Source: Octopus sinensis
Lineage: Eukaryota
Assembly (NCBI RefSeq): GCF_006345805.1
Contig: NC_043013.1
Location: forward strand, 58,280,001 to 58,344,000
Length of the DNA stretch: 64,000 bases
Direction: 5' to 3'
Part shown: piece after piece, positions 41,454 through 56,516 of the stretch
Layout of the letters: the number at the start of each line of letters is the position of its first letter
Numbering within the stretch: position 1 is the first letter of the stretch
Program-made: the position numbers and the translations under genes
The notes under the pieces: generated by a model
Told to the model about the DNA's origin: nothing
The model's database searches: none
The model's input: the letters and a program-made list of their open reading frames with translations, nothing else

Positions 41454-42150
41454 TTACGTTAAATACGTTTAACCCTTCTCAGTTTTATCTGGGGAAACAG
41501 GATAACTTTGAGATTCAAACTGAACACTACAGTTATAGGAAAAAACTAGAACTACTTCGAGAAGAAAGTCGGGTAACAGAGATGGCCCCGTGAGAACATA
41601 AATTTTAGTCGAAACAGAAATAGAACCAGAGTAACATGAAAAGGGAAGTGAGTTATCACATATGTAAAACTACATTCAATGAAACTGTTGTTTATCAATA
41701 ATATTGATTTTTAAATATAGTATGGTAATAATCGATTAATTTACTACTACTATTGACTCAATATTTATCTTTTAATTCTGCCTGATTCAATATACACAAT
41801 AATATATGTCAGTGGTGTAGCGACCGCAGGATTATACCTCTGTCTCAGTCATTTATTGGAACGGTTCTACCATTTCTATGATAAAATATTAAAGAGTCGA
41901 AGTTAAGACGCTTAGACACTATCATCCATTGTTTTTTTTCTTTTTTCTCTGTTTACTTGCTCTAGTTGTTTCTTGAGCTGAGTTTCTTAGCTTGGACGAA
42001 TAAGACAAATGCATTTATGGGCTAAGAAGCTTGCTAAACTTGGGGAAAACTCGACTAAAACACGTGACAAATTGCACTTAGACACCGGTTGCACTGATTT
42101 ATTTCCCTCTCTTATGTGCTTTCCCATAAGTCAAGAGCAACAAATGTATG

Positions 42151-42182
<32 letters not shown>

Positions 42183-42789
42183 ATATACACATATATGTAT
42201 ATACATGCATAAGCATGTGTATGTGCGCCTATATATGTATCTGTGTGTATAGAAGTATGTGTATGTGCATATGTATATCATTATACATTCTTCTATCACA
42301 GGGGACATTTTGCACATTTTTAGGCTTTGTAAGAATTGAAGAGAAAATTGATCTTATTCTTCAATGGAGGACAGCTACTTGTGAATTTATATTGGTGGTT
42401 TACGCGGGATTATGACGATGCGGCTATTTTTTTTTTTCAATACCACAAGATTGGTCATTCATGTCATTCACAGAACGAAGAAAATAAGTTTGAAGATTTT
42501 GTTTTTGTTCAAACATTCTAAAATCGCATTTAAAAAGAACAAATACCTATAACAAGGTTTATCTATTTTCCATCTATAGATCAGTTGGCATTGTATATCT
42601 GTTCTGTTCATTTCGTCTGTACGACTTTGGAAGTTATACTGAAAACCAAATTATGATCGTTGCAGAAACTAGATATGTCCAGGAGTAAAAATTTTCGAGA
42701 GCTGTGGGTGTGGAAAAATTATGTGCGTGCATGTGTTTGCGTGAGCGATCATGTGTGTGTATATATAACCAAAAGAAGTCTTAAGGGGT

Positions 42790-43055
42790 TAAGGTGTTGC
42801 ACTCACGATTGACAGATCGTGGGTTCGATTTCCAGACCGGGCGTTGCGTTGCGTTCTTGAGCAAAGCACTTCGTTTCACGTTGCTCTGCGATCATTTCGA
42901 TATCGAACACGTGACACTCATTGCAGCTGGACAGGTAATGTTAATCGGATGGAGGGAGTGAGCTTATGTCTACACAAACATCTGATCACTATAAAAAAAC
43001 ATCATCTGTTCGGTAAGAAATTGTCGAACCCTCGTACGTCGTTTAACGACGAGTG
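42790..43055 (+). mobile_element. tRNA-derived SINE (head shared with 17500-17712)
   Basis: B box gggttcgatttc, then gcgttcttgagcaaagcacttcgtttcacgttgct. Confidence 0.7.
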
Positions 43056-43228
43056 AGTCCATCATAACCAAAAGAAAAAAATCAATCATCACTAATTGTG
43101 AATGGGGGTGCTAGGTAGCAGTTATATTGTTAGAGATAAGGGTTACAATTCTGAGAACTGTAGGAAGCACAGTTTCAAATATATGTGTGTGTGTTTGTTT
43201 GTTTGTATACATTTATATGTATATGCGT

Positions 43229-43269
<41 letters not shown>

Positions 43270-43289
43270 GTGTGTGTGTGTGTAGACAC

Positions 43290-43428
43290 TAATATCGGTG
43301 TCAAATTTTGGCAAACGGCCAGCAGTTTCGGGGCATCAACCCAAGTGCTGAAATGATACTTTGTTTATCAAGCCCGAAAGGATGAATAGCAGAGTTGACT
43401 CTAGCGGAATTTGACCTAAGAACGTAAA
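43290..43428 (-). mobile_element. SINE family A fragment
   Basis: cccgaaaggatgaa..gcagagttgac..gcggaatttga core. Confidence 0.7.
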
Positions 43429-43705
43429 TAACAGAGGGAAGCAGGTGTTCTTAGTCTGGTGCTAAGTCAGTTGTTGGAGATGAGAGATTATGATTGGACC
43501 GTTTGGAACGGTGAAAGTGGGCAAAAGTGCAAGATTCATATGGTGTGACACCAGCTGAGAGTGGCGCATTCAGACACGGAATAATTCAGGGCCCAGGAGT
43601 AGGTGAAAAATGTAACGCAATAAGAATTTAGTTATACAGTTCCAAAAATAAGTGAATATTGATGTTGTTTAAGGTGACGATGTTGAAGATGTAGATGGTG
43701 ATGAC

Positions 43706-43888
43706 GGTGGTGGTGGTGGTGGTGGTGGTGGCGGTGGTGGTGGTGGCGGTGGCGATGGCGGTGGCGGCGGCGGCGGCGGCGGTGGTGGTGGTGGTGGTGG
43801 TGGTGGTGGCGGTGGTGGTGGTGGCGGTGGCGATGGCGGTGGCGGCGGCGGCGGCGGCGGTGGTGGTGGTGGTGGTGGTGGTGGTGGT
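43706..43888. repeat. (GGT)/(GGC) trinucleotide array with a duplicated 75/78-bp higher-order unit
   Basis: (GGT)8-9 GGC (GGT)4 GGC GGT GGC GAT GGC GGT (GGC)6 occurs twice, followed by (GGT)10. Confidence 0.95.
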
Positions 43889-44836
43889 AGTGTTTGGGGT
43901 TGTTATTATTGTTGCTGTTGTCTACGCTATCATTGACTTGTTTTATACGAGCTGTTCCCAATATCAACCAGAGATATCAAGTAACAGCAAGCTGGACGTT
44001 TATGATTATTTATGAATATCAATGATGTGTAAGAATTAGCACTTCCTTCTCTAAGCCTAGATTCGAAACCGAATCCAAGAATCCTCGGTCGCCCAAACCA
44101 CGACAACCAAAGGCGCGAAAAGAAGGCTTGCTTTGTTCTGACAAAAAGTGATTGATCATCTCCCTTTGACCTGCGACCTCAGCCATGTCGGGCGAAGTTC
44201 AACTGGACAACTGCTGACCTACTTAGGCACTGTCTCTGCTGCAGTATGTCTGTTTTTCTAGCTGTCACAAATATTATAAATACAAGGGTGAAACAGAGAG
44301 GCAGACAATCTCAGCAGAGACGGGAGCAGACACATGAGATAGATCTATCTACGACCCAAGTTTTTGGCAGACGACAGAGACAGAGAGAAATGCTCGAAGT
44401 GCCGATCGACTACTGTTTCGAATGAAACACGCACACACGCACACACACACAAACATATTCATTTCTAATATGTACTCTATTCAAGCAACTCGTAGCAGTT
44501 GCCTGTATTTTGTAGGTAGTGACCAATCACTAAAATAACACTGTAAATAAATGCCTTTCAATCATATATCGGTTTATGTATTTGTTTACATACACACTTA
44601 ACCACTACAGATATGTTGTACGGGAAGACCAGAATCTGAGATACTGTCCAATTTGCAATATTTCAGGTTTGACATAAAAAATGCTAGCTCTAAAATCCCT
44701 CTAAGAGATCAACGCAGTAGTTGTACTGACAAGGAGTATTCGTAGCCACTTTAACATGGCTGTCCGTTCGAACGGACTCTACTGCGATCTTTTAAACCTA
44801 AGAGGACATCTGCTCTAGCTGGTTAACGATGCATAA

Positions 44837-45790
44837 CTGCATTTTGATAGGTTCAACCACTAATACTTGGAGACTGTCCTAGCAGCAGCCGGTTTCGATC
44901 CCGTTTTTAGAGGTTGGATCGCTGCAGTGTACAGTGTCACCTGTTCGGTGGTCAGCGTAAATGGCTAGCTTTCGGAATTGCTTAGCGTCGCACGTTCGGT
45001 CCCTCAAACATGTCTACTATCGCCCCTTCTGTACTTGCAAGCTCTCGAGTCATTGTTAAGGAAGTTGGATTCTTTGATGGGTATATTGCGTGCACTAGGA
45101 CGCGGAAGGTTAGAGTTGGTTAATGCGGACGACATCGCCGTAAAACGGTGTCAGAAATCTCGGACATCGTGGTGATCGTCACTGCACTAAGTGAGTATGA
45201 AGATGTGATAGGAGCAAAGATTAACCGGAGGTTGATGGCCGTGCAGCTCAGCATCTGGGTGGGGGCAGGACAAGTCAACCGACAGCATCATTGGGTGCTG
45301 GGTGGAAGGGCCGTTAATATTGCTCAGGATCTGGTTTGGTTCGGACCTCCAGGTGAGCCAAGAACTAGGGTAAGATGATGAGCAGAGTGGCCCGTCGCAC
45401 CGGGAAATTGACACAGAGCTGTCCGTGAAAGGTCACACTGAGGTGGCAAATGCATATATCGCTTCTGTAATCTACCACTTGACCGTCGTCCATTGCCCTA
45501 CTTATTGACTGATCATGCTGGAGCACTTGTTCTTCCGCTTCCTGTGGAAGGGACGTGTTCCGCTAGACAGACGTTCCCTTTTCTGAATGGAGGATGGGCA
45601 TGTTATGGTTAAGGATAACTGAGGCTGCGACATATCTAGCGTTTCCTTTACGGGAAGGAGTTATGGCCCCTGTCTTTTAATTGATGGAGCTACACAGTCC
45701 TGGTTCATGCAGAGACCAAAAATGGGCTCTTGGCACCTAGAGTTTCGACAAGCCCTCACAGTCTTCCACCAGTTGAACAATGCGGTCCCT
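44837..45790 (+). mobile_element. Degenerate Tx1/L1-clade RT fragment
   Basis: FDRFNH*YLETVLAAAGFDPVFRGWIAAVY...VNG*LS...RSVPQTCLLSPLLY; NADDIAV; YEDVIGAKIN; KGHTEVANAYIASVIYHLTV...FRFLWKG. Confidence 0.85.
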
Positions 45791-45879
45791 TGTAGTTCCA
45801 CATTGGAACTCAATAAGGTATTGTACTTGAAACAAACACACAAAATGTTAAGCGTGTGAAAACCCGTGCTAAAACTGTT

Positions 45880-46105
45880 GCTTTAGATATTCTTATTGAT
45901 AAAAGGCTGGAAATGCCTCTCAATGGCAAATAACCAAAGAGAGCAAGACTTAAACAATACCTGTCGTCATTGGTGCCCTAGGAATGATAGCAAAAGGGGC
46001 TGATTACTATGTAGCTGAGATACCAGGAAATCCCAAAATGGCAGAAATTAAAAAAATACAGCTCATTGGAATTGTCCATATCCTACGTAAATATTGTCTA
46101 TGTAA
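45880..46105 (+). mobile_element. R4-like RLE C-terminal remnant
   Basis: TIPVVIGALGMIAKGADYYVAEIPGNPKMAEIKKIQLIGIVHILRK. Confidence 0.8.
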
Positions 46106-47512
46106 TCCCCAAAATATTTTAATCCGTAAAAATATCAAAATACGTTTAGAAGTACATAGAAGCAAACACATTTTACTGTCATCTTAACATCAGGCTATCA
46201 TCTTATAATCAAATTGCTTTTAAAACGACCACCTAATTTTCTTTTGTTTTTCCAGAACAATACTTTATGCAAAACCAAATGTTTGGCACTCTAGGCATAA
46301 CATCAAATTGAACTTGTTGTCCCTTGAGGTTTCTGGATGATTCTCGAAGTTAACTTCCATAAATACAAAGCAAAAGCCAAACATGCAAAAACAACAGCAA
46401 CAACAACGGCAGGAACAAAAGCAACTAAAACGATGAAGATGATAATGCTAATGTTGATGACTATAACAATCTATTCTATTTTCTCCTCTATGCGTACAAT
46501 TTATCGCGTAAAATATGATGGAGTAACTATGCAAGTCACTAGTTCATATTGCATGAAAATAAAGTGAAGGGAACTTATTTGGGGAAGCCAAAAATAATAT
46601 AACTCAAAGTAATTAAATGAATGTAATTAATTATTATTGATAGGGAAATAAGAGCAAATAATTCACTCTTCCCACATATGAGTGTAAAACGTTGACATAT
46701 GTCACATCCGGTTTCGTACCGCTGTGATCGTGACTGATAGCACTCTAAGAGTTCACGGGAATAATTTGGGTTCAGAGTAGACAAATTGATTAATTGATTA
46801 AGGATACTTCTTCATCAAAATTGACGTTCGTATATTTATTAGAATCCTGTCGTCTGCATAACTCTTTCAAATAGAGACTATTCTGTGGGGATGCTATAAA
46901 TTTGTACCGCACCGAAATGGTTGTGTAATACGGTTTAAATTTAACGTCACTTTTCGTTTGGCTTTACGAAGAAATATCAACTTCAATGCGGTTATTGGAG
47001 AATGAGTGCATTGTTTGCATTTATATTGCTTTCGTTCCCTTAGTGTCTTAATATTTTTTTTATGAAGGCGAGGAACTATTGTCTTTATTTACTTTTTAAA
47101 TTGTTGGGGAATGACTGCTACTTCTAGTCAGCTGGCATCATCGTAAATAACGATAGCGGAATACTTTATAAGTGGGTTGGGAAATACTATGACTCCGTTT
47201 CTTCCACATCGAGTAGGTGGAACAAAGACGAAGGTATGTACACTTAAGTTTCAGTTGCTGTATCAATGTTGTCTTGTGGTTAAGTAGCCAACCGTATTCG
47301 GATCCAGTCTGCGTTTATCATTTACTCCCAGCTTCCATAGCAACTCTTGTAAGAAAATCTGTAAATGATTCTGACTTGGACACATGTAAGTATCTGAGAT
47401 TTGACAAGGGTCCAACTGGCATATATATGTGTGTAAGTATGTTTGTATATATGCATATATAAATATTTACGTATATATCATATATATGCATATGTGTACA
47501 TATGTATGTAAA

Positions 47513-47634
47513 GAAGCGTGGATGTGTAGTTAGAAGCTTGCTTCCCAACCACATAGTTCGTGGAACCTTTGACAAGTGTCTTCTAGCATAGCCTCGGGAG
47601 TAGATCAGGTAGCAGGAAACTGAAAGAAGCGGTT

Positions 47635-47676
<42 letters not shown>

Positions 47677-47914
47677 TATATATATATATATATATACATG
47701 TATGTATATGTCTGCGTGTCTGTATTTGTCCCCCCAACATCGCTTGACAACCGATGTTGGTGTCTTTATGTACCCGTAACAACATTTTGGCAAAATACGT
47801 CGATAGAATAAGTTCTAGGCTTACAAAGAATAAGCCCTAGCGTCTATTTGTTCGGCTAAAGACTGTGCTTCAGCATGGCCACAGTCAAATGACTAACGCA
47901 AGTAAAAGAATTAA
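47513..47914 (+). mobile_element. SINE family B, full length, with internal (TA)n
   Basis: tRNA-like head, CORE-like block, internal microsatellite at 47638-47700, 3' tail. Confidence 0.9.
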
Positions 47915-47949
47915 ACTATATATACATGTCCCCTACGCAATTCAAGATC

Positions 47950-48150
47950 ACAACACAAATTCACTATAGGAGTTTATTTTCCTCAACAGGCGCTGCTCTA
48001 TTTAAGGTTATCCTATAAGAAATCAAAGAAAAGGATATCATCTCCTTTAAACGGAAGCTGGACAAATTAATTCAAGGTATACTAAGTATGCCACATACTC
48101 TTGGATACACCAGAGTCAATAACAATTCCTTACGTGAATGGACCATCCTA
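47950..48150 (+). mobile_element. CR1-clade LINE 3' fragment
   Basis: GAALFKVIL*EIKEKDIISFKRKLDKLI..MPHTLGY..NNSLREW parallels the C-terminus of the ORF at 61261. Confidence 0.65.
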
Positions 48151-48300
48151 GCACAAACCGTGATTTAAAAATGACTTAACAGATATTAGTTGGTGGTGCT
48201 TTTCAGTTGGACGTGGCCTGGGCCAAATTTTGGATGAAACTTATCTAAGTTATGTAGGTTTTGAATTTTATACACACACACATACACACACACACACACA

Positions 48301-48358
<58 letters not shown>

Positions 48359-48704
48359 ATATATATATATATATAATATATATATACATAATACATACAT
48401 ACAGAGAGAATGGGAGATGAAGTAAGATTAACGGATACAAACAGATAGATAGATAGATACATACATACATACATACATACAAGCAATTATCTGTCCCAAT
48501 TTATAACAATCCCAGTAATTGAAGTTGTCATGTTGATTGCAACAGTTATTAAAATTGATTATATATCACAGATGTAGAATAGTATCGTGAGGATTGAGAA
48601 GTTAAGACACCACACTTAATTACAGCCGCTCTCTCTCTCGCTTTGTATAGTTATCCTCCTCATTCTACATTCTTTGCGATAATTACTGACATACCAATAT
48701 ATAT

Positions 48705-48797
<93 letters not shown>

Positions 48798-49364
48798 TTA
48801 GATGTGTAAATATATATACATATATATGCGTATATATGTGAGTATGTGTATATATATATATACATGCACTCACACACACAGGCACACACATATTAAAGGT
48901 TATATCGTGATACATGATTGCCGTTTATACACGCGTATCGAGATATAATCAGTTTTCATTTGTTATTACCAACCATAAAATGATAAAATGTTTCCAGGCT
49001 TATCAGTGTGTGTGTGTGTGTAATGCATATACTTACGTACTCTCCTCCATCAGTGAAATATTCTATCAACTCTCTGCCGTCTTCATTGAAAACAATTTAC
49101 TGTTTTATCTCCTGTATAAGATTAACTATTTATCGTTTGGCGGAAAAAAGGTCTAAGATCGAAATACAGTTTATATTCTGCTGTATTTACAAAAATTGTT
49201 GTTTCTCTAATTATTTTGATGGATAATTAAAATATTCTGCCACGTCGCTCGATCATGCGCTAAAATCACATTACTTTCATTGTGATTTCCGCTGAAAAAC
49301 ATTTAATTATACACATTGATACCTCTCATACACAAACATACACACACACACACACAAACATCAT

Positions 49365-49620
49365 GTATTATAAAAGACAACCAAATTTCTGTGTCTGTCC
49401 ATCCGTCACAGTATCTAAAAGAGGGGGTGAAACAAGAGAAGGAATAAAATATGGGCCTCGGTGTATTTTCAGAAGGAGATTAGAAAAAGTTGTTGAGAGA
49501 AAAAATGAGTGGGATCAAGTCTTTTTTATTCGCATAACTGAGTCCCCTTTTATTGTGATCAGATTGATTTCAATTTTGGTGTATCGATGCAACTCTGAAT
49601 TTGGATTACTATCAACTTCT
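49365..49620 (+). mobile_element. Possible non-autonomous Helitron/Helentron-like fragment
   Basis: tattataaaag...gtgtctgtccatccgtc start and gatcagattgatttcaattttggtgtatcg motif; resemblance only. Confidence 0.25.
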
Positions 49621-51043
49621 CGTAAATGAAAGAATCTGATGTTATTTGGAATTAAATTTAGAAAATTTGGTTAATTGTAGCCAATCAGCAGATAGTGTGG
49701 CATTAGCAGTTTGTTGTTACCATGACAACTACATGCTGTACTGTGGTTTACTGTCTGTGCCGCGCGTTGTTCTATGCTGATTTAAAACGCTTGATTCTCC
49801 ACACCACGATATTCTTTTCAACCGCGTGTTTTATTTTAATTTTTCTCTGTGTTAGTATATTACATATTTCTTCTGTGCTTCTGTGTGTCAGTATTATTCT
49901 GTGTTAGTATTTTTACATATTGTCATTTCATTTATTTTTCATACATATTCAGGGACTCATTGATTCAGATAGCTTGATTTATGATTTCACTGGGTTAATT
50001 CTATTCATAAGCATTTAAATTAGGAGTATTTCATAAACCATTAGCTTCACATTTCAACATTTCAACAGCTTAACTGAAATTTAGCCCAGTTAACAGGAAC
50101 TGAAAGGGATATCGTGGAACAGAGAAACTCTGGGTGATACAGATAGCTTGACATTTTTGAATTCTGCATGCAACAACGTATAAGATACAGGTATTCTTCT
50201 TCTTGGGACAAATTCTTTGTTGACCAGTGTTATTTTTATCGTAGTTTACGAATCCAAGCATGAAAACTTTTACTCAACTTTGGGGTTTTGGCGACATACG
50301 TACACACAAACACACACGCATACACGCATGAATGCATGAATGTACATAGAAACTTATATATGAATACATACATTCACATGCACTTATATATTAATGACGT
50401 ACATAAATACATGGCAGGTATACACAATACTGAACTACACATAAAGTAAACACGTGCAGACCAATATTTAATATAACAAATTTAAAAAATAATAAAAACA
50501 TACAATCAATGAAGAGACAAAAGAAACAGTAGGATGATTATGTTGATTTTATTGGGTATTTCTGCTTATTTCGAAACCTGCAATGGACAGTCTTGATACA
50601 GACGCTAAGCTATAAAGTTTGCCGAGTACAACCTTCAAGTTGACATCGCTCCGCTAAACGCAGACAATTTCTGTCTCGCTTTTCGCTAAAAATACAGTCT
50701 ATTAAATCCCTGTAACTTTTCCCTCCAACTTTTTTTTCCACTTCATGCTTCCATTGCAATGAGATTGGAAGGCTATATTATTATAACCGATTTTCAGATA
50801 TTTTACTTTCTTTTAAAAAATGCCTATTTTGCGAATGTAAAAAGCTAGATCCAATGAGTGTGTATGTGTGTGTGAGACAGAGAAAGAGAGAGAGAGGGAG
50901 AGAGAATGTGTGTGTGTGTGAAAGATAAATTGATAGATAGTGGTAGTGTTTTCGCTATAGTCTCTCTTCGTAACATCTATTCTAGGGATGGAAAAGGAGA
51001 GGAGAAAATGTTGTTGAGAGAGAAATACCGTATGTGTGTGTGT

Positions 51044-51081
<38 letters not shown>

Positions 51082-52448
51082 AGAGAAACAGACAGAGATA
51101 GAAGACAACAGATATGTAATGGTCATTACATATTTTTCCTTTAATGGATTCAGTTTGGCTTACAGCTATTTCCAGTAATTATCATAGGCTTCTTACTGAT
51201 AAGTTTACTCACTTGCTCTATCGATTAATAATGCCCAGCATTTGTACCTTGTATATTGCTCTATGTTAAAACTTATTTATGTTTGTGAGTGTGCGTGTGT
51301 ATTTCCCGAGCGTCAAACAAATACATTTACTTTTTATCCATACACATGACTTCGTCTTTTGTTTTTTCTATAAACCTCAACGATATATATATATATATAT
51401 ATATACATGTGTGTATATAAATGTGTAGGGATTATACTGAACTGCATAATATATATACATTATTTAGTTCAGTGAATGTAGGATCAACAAACATAGTACT
51501 TCGTTTGGTGAAACAAATATTGTTCATTGAACACAGTACATATTCTTATGGGCTACTTATAGTTTCTTTTCCTTTCGTTTTCCGACTTGTTCTGCCTTTT
51601 ATCTTTTACATCAACCTTCTTATCGCCCTTTTCTCGTGTTTTCTCTTAAGCTCTCATTCTGCTTTACCATGTGTGTACCATGTCGGCATAGCCTAAAGAT
51701 TGCATGAAAGCACCAGACATGCTATAAAATGCTGTTTGTGTCGTTTTCATAGCATGAAACCATTTGCTTATAAAAACTAATAGTGTTAATTAAAAAATAC
51801 ACATAGATGCGCGTGTGACTCTACTGATAAACAAAAATAAAAGAACGTTCAATACTATAGAAATCCCACCGAATCATTTTTGAGTGAAACATAACTCAAA
51901 AATTTGGTATGCACTGAAAAATGCTAATAGAAGAAAATACGTGGAACCATGATGCCACTTCGTACCAGACAGACTAAATGGAATAAAACTCGTTTCCATG
52001 GACCACTTCACTACAGAAAATTGCCCGGGTAACTAATGCCAGGCTCGGAATATACATTGGATTGTTTGTTAAGAAACTAAAATAATGACGATGAATATCA
52101 ATATACCCCACCCCTTTCTGCCTGAAAAAGATAATTTATAAAAGATATAATTTTTTAATGAAATATTTCTACTGATCGGACTCAGTTTTTCTATATTTTC
52201 GTCTAGTTGGTTCTTTAGAAACGTAATATAATTAATACGAAAGGAATTAGTTCGCACCGAAAAGACAAAACCATGTTGAAGAGTCTGTCTAGGAATAGCA
52301 GACGAGTAAATAATGAAGTTGGACCCTAATTAAGTTAAGTAAATATTAAGAAAGAAATTAAATGTGGTTTATTATATTTGATTAACAAGAGAGTAAATTT
52401 GCAGTATGAATATGTACGTAATCAATTGTATTCTGTTTCCTCGATCGA

Positions 52449-52533
<85 letters not shown>

Positions 52534-53850
52534 GTATCTGAATGTGTGCATTTGTGTGTTAATATATATATTCGTGTGTGTATGTATATATGTATGGATG
52601 GATGTGATATATATGAGTGTATGCATACATGTATGTTTAGACGTGTGGATATACAAGTAAATAATTTTTAAAAGCGTTACCACGCTGCGAATATAAGAAT
52701 AAATTCCTTGCAAAAAAATTTGATTTGTAACTTGGTGGACATATAATGATTTGCGATGGTACGGCTAAACATTTTATAACTCACACACCAACCACTTGGG
52801 TCTTGAGTGACTTCAGTAGTCTGCAGGCAATATATACACACATACGTACATCTATGTATGTATGTATGTGTATGTACGTGTGTGTGTGTGTGTATCATAA
52901 TAATAATTCTAGGATGGACTTTATAGATATCTAATACATCGCTACGTGCGTTTCCACAAATCACATCACATGAGAGTCCGTATCGTTGGGATGATGCAGT
53001 AAAGTCTGTATTATCCGTGGACATCCGGTTGATCATCATCATTGATCCATTTCATCAGGCGATACCGCATTAGTGAATGAATCACAGAAAGATGTTCATC
53101 ACTTCTTGCCAGTGATAGCTCTGTGGATATTTCTGTGTGTACTTGGTAGTGGGAGGCAGGTGATCGGAGTGGAGGAAGGAATGATAGTAATATGGGGCTG
53201 GAGGTGTGTCTGATGGTGTTGGATTTATTTGTTATTCACCCTACAGATTTTATGGATGGTCATCCATTCAGCAGATTTAAGGATGGTAGTCCATTTCCTT
53301 GATCTATTTCATTCAAGACGGGGTACTCTCCTCAATAAATTCTGAAACCAACAAGTGGTCAGCTCCTAATCAGTGCGGTTTGTTGACCGAATTCATTGCT
53401 ATTATTCTTTTATGGGGAATTTTTCATGTTTCCGTTGTTTCCGTGCGTATCATGTTTCCGTGCGTAACATTGGTTTGTTCGTTTATTTGTTTGGCTTCCG
53501 TCACTGTTCTAATTATTTAAAACGAAGTATCAAGTTATAAAACACTGAAGGAACCCAAATATTATGCACACTTTAACAACAGAAATAGGGTAAACTCTCA
53601 TTCAACTCCTTAAATTCCTGACATTATTGTTCAACCCATTTCATTCCTGGTATCATTTCTATTCTGCGTAAGACGGACCGCTATATGTCAACATATGTAC
53701 ATTTTTTTGTATTAAATGTATTTAATATGTTTTGTATATCGTTGTGGTTAACTTGCATGTCTTTATATTTACTCCCCTACCTGCGCCAATTTAAATAGCT
53801 TGAGTACTACAAAGAGCATTCCATACGGAGAGTATCTGTCTCTCATCTCG

Positions 53851-53903
<53 letters not shown>

Positions 53904-53911
53904 ATATATAT

Positions 53912-53947
<36 letters not shown>

Positions 53948-53961
53948 CAACACACCCACAT

Positions 53962-53996
<35 letters not shown>

Positions 53997-54100
53997 CTTT
54001 ATTTTAAGCAGCAGAAAATAAAGCATTACTCTACCACTGGTATTTGAGTACTCTTTTTTCCACCTTGTTTCACATTTATGTGTTTATTCCGGTATATATA

Positions 54101-54147
<47 letters not shown>

Positions 54148-54410
54148 TATATAAACATAGATATAGAAATGGGTATAAAATATCTGTACTAATATGTGGT
54201 ATAAGCCTTTTGTTGGATAATATGATAGAAAACCTTGTAAGACAGCTACAATCATATTTTAACATCTAAATGCAGGTGAAGCGCTAGATCTTCAGAATTG
54301 ATGTATAGGAGTGCAGTTCATTTCTCTACAACGAGAAACAAAATTATGTGTTTGCAGATTGTCCACGCTGCATTCACTCACTGATTATACTGATACTCTC
54401 TCTCTCTCTT

Positions 54411-54807
54411 TTACTCTTTTACTTGTTTCAGTCATTTGACTGCGGCCATGCTGGAGCACCGCCTTTAATCGATCAACTCGACCCCGGGACTTATTCTTTT
54501 GTAAGCCCAGTACTTACTCTATCGGTCTCTTTTGCCGAACCGCTAAGTTACGGGGACGTAAACACACCAGCATCGGTTGTCAAGCAATGCCAGGGGGACA
54601 AGCACAGACATACAAACACACACATACATATATATATAGATATATACGACAGGCTTCTTTCAGTTTCCGTCTACCAAATCTACTCACAAGGCATTGGTCG
54701 GCCCGAGGCTACAGTAGAAGACACTTGCCCAAGATGCCACGCAGTGGGACTGAACCCGGAACCATGTGGTTGGTTAGCAAGCTACTTACCATACAGCCAC
54801 TCCTGCG
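54411..54807 (-). mobile_element. SINE family B, full length
   Basis: gcaggagtggctgtatggtaag head, ccgggttcagtccc B box, cttgggcaagtgtctt, internal (TA/TG)n, tail gactgaaacaagtaaaagagtaa. Confidence 0.92.
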
Positions 54808-55572
54808 TTGATTTTTTAAATGTTTCCGAATATTTATCAAATATACTGTATAGAGTCATAATATTTTCTTTCTTGAAATATAATAGTGAATAGGCACAGG
54901 TCGGTATTTCGATTATATATTTTAGAATATCCAGAACTGAGAATAACTATTAATAAGCCTTTTTTCTTTGGGAATTCACATGGGAAGAAGCGAAAGGGAA
55001 TTAAATCACATATTTCCATTTGAAAATTACGCCCAGTAATAGCGATTGTTGACCACAGTTTGTTTGAACGACGGAGACCACTCTGATGAAACGATTCACG
55101 CCGAATCTCTGAGGTGAAGAGTAATACCTCAAATCATGACATCCTGAAAATAGTTACAAGCCCTTATGCTTCAATTAATGACTAAGTAATTAAAAATAAA
55201 ATCTGAAACAATTACAGAACATTCTTCATAAACTATCTGGTATCAGTTTTCCACTAAATTGGTTATCTGAGGTAATATAGGTAAAGTAGAATTAAGTAAA
55301 AAAAATATCAGAATTGGATTAAAAAAAAAAATAGTTGACGGCAGCACATTATTTCGAGTTGTTCATTCGTATGGATGAATTGAAAACAAGATGAAGGTGG
55401 GAGGATGAAGAAGATGTGAAGAAAAATATCAGGAAATAGAAAGAAAATGCACAAGCAGAGAAGTGAAGATAAGCGTATATCTTGAAGATATAATTTGAAT
55501 ATGTAGAAACGTATGTGCGAGTGTGTATGTGTGTGTGTATCTGTGTCTGTGTGTCTACATGCATGCACATTG

Positions 55573-55611
<39 letters not shown>

Positions 55612-56283
55612 ATATATGCATAGATAAATACATGTATATATATATATATATATATGCATAGATAAATACATGTATATATATATGTGTGTATGTGTGTGTG
55701 TGTGTATTATGAGGAGTTATACGCATTCCCGCACATAAAAACACGTATCTACACACATAGAGATGCATATTTATCTACACATGTGTTGCTATATGTAATA
55801 TGTATAAATAATAAGTGTAATGAACATCTTTGATGTTGCAATCAGAGCAGAATTCAAACTTCTTTCTTGAAGCTTTTGCGTGAAAGAAAAAAATATAAAG
55901 CGAATAAATAAGAAAAGAAGTAAAGAAAGAAACAGTAAAAATAAAATACTGATTCGAAAAATAAACATCTGTAGATGTTTTTGCTGTTGTTGTTGTAATT
56001 GTTTTTTATAGAACTGTGGCTGGTTTTAGTTGTGTTGTGGTGGTGGGGTTGTATTGAGGGGGGTTTCGGCAATATTGTCCATGTGTTATTATTGGCAGAG
56101 ATATTCTTGATGTCGTTACTGGTTGCTGCTGTTGGTGCATTTTCATTTCTTGGCTGTCTTTTTTCTGCTTGTATTTTTCATAATGTTGACGTTCATATTG
56201 TTAAGAGTTGTAATGTTGTTCTTGGTTGTTACTAGACACCGCCATCCCCGCCCATTTCTTTTCATGCTATTTACATTATACAT

Positions 56284-56516
56284 ATTATTTCTTTACTACC
56301 CACAAGGGTCTAAACACAGAGAGGACAAACAAGGACAGCCAAACGGATTAAGTCGATTATATCGACCCCAGTGTGTAACTGGTACTTATTTAATCGACCC
56401 CGAAAGGATGAAAGGCAAAGTCGACCTCGGCGGAATTTGAACTCAGAACATAACGGCAGACGAAATACGGCAACGCATTTCGCCCGGAGTGTTAACATTT
56501 CTGCCAGCTCGCCGCC
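56284..56516 (-). mobile_element. SINE family A, full length
   Basis: ggcggcgagctggcagaa head through the tail. Confidence 0.92.

Noticed and set aside
43632-44015. Poly-His/Arg and poly-Val/Ala ORFs
   Set aside because: Translation of the GGT/GGC repeat; no splice or codon evidence.
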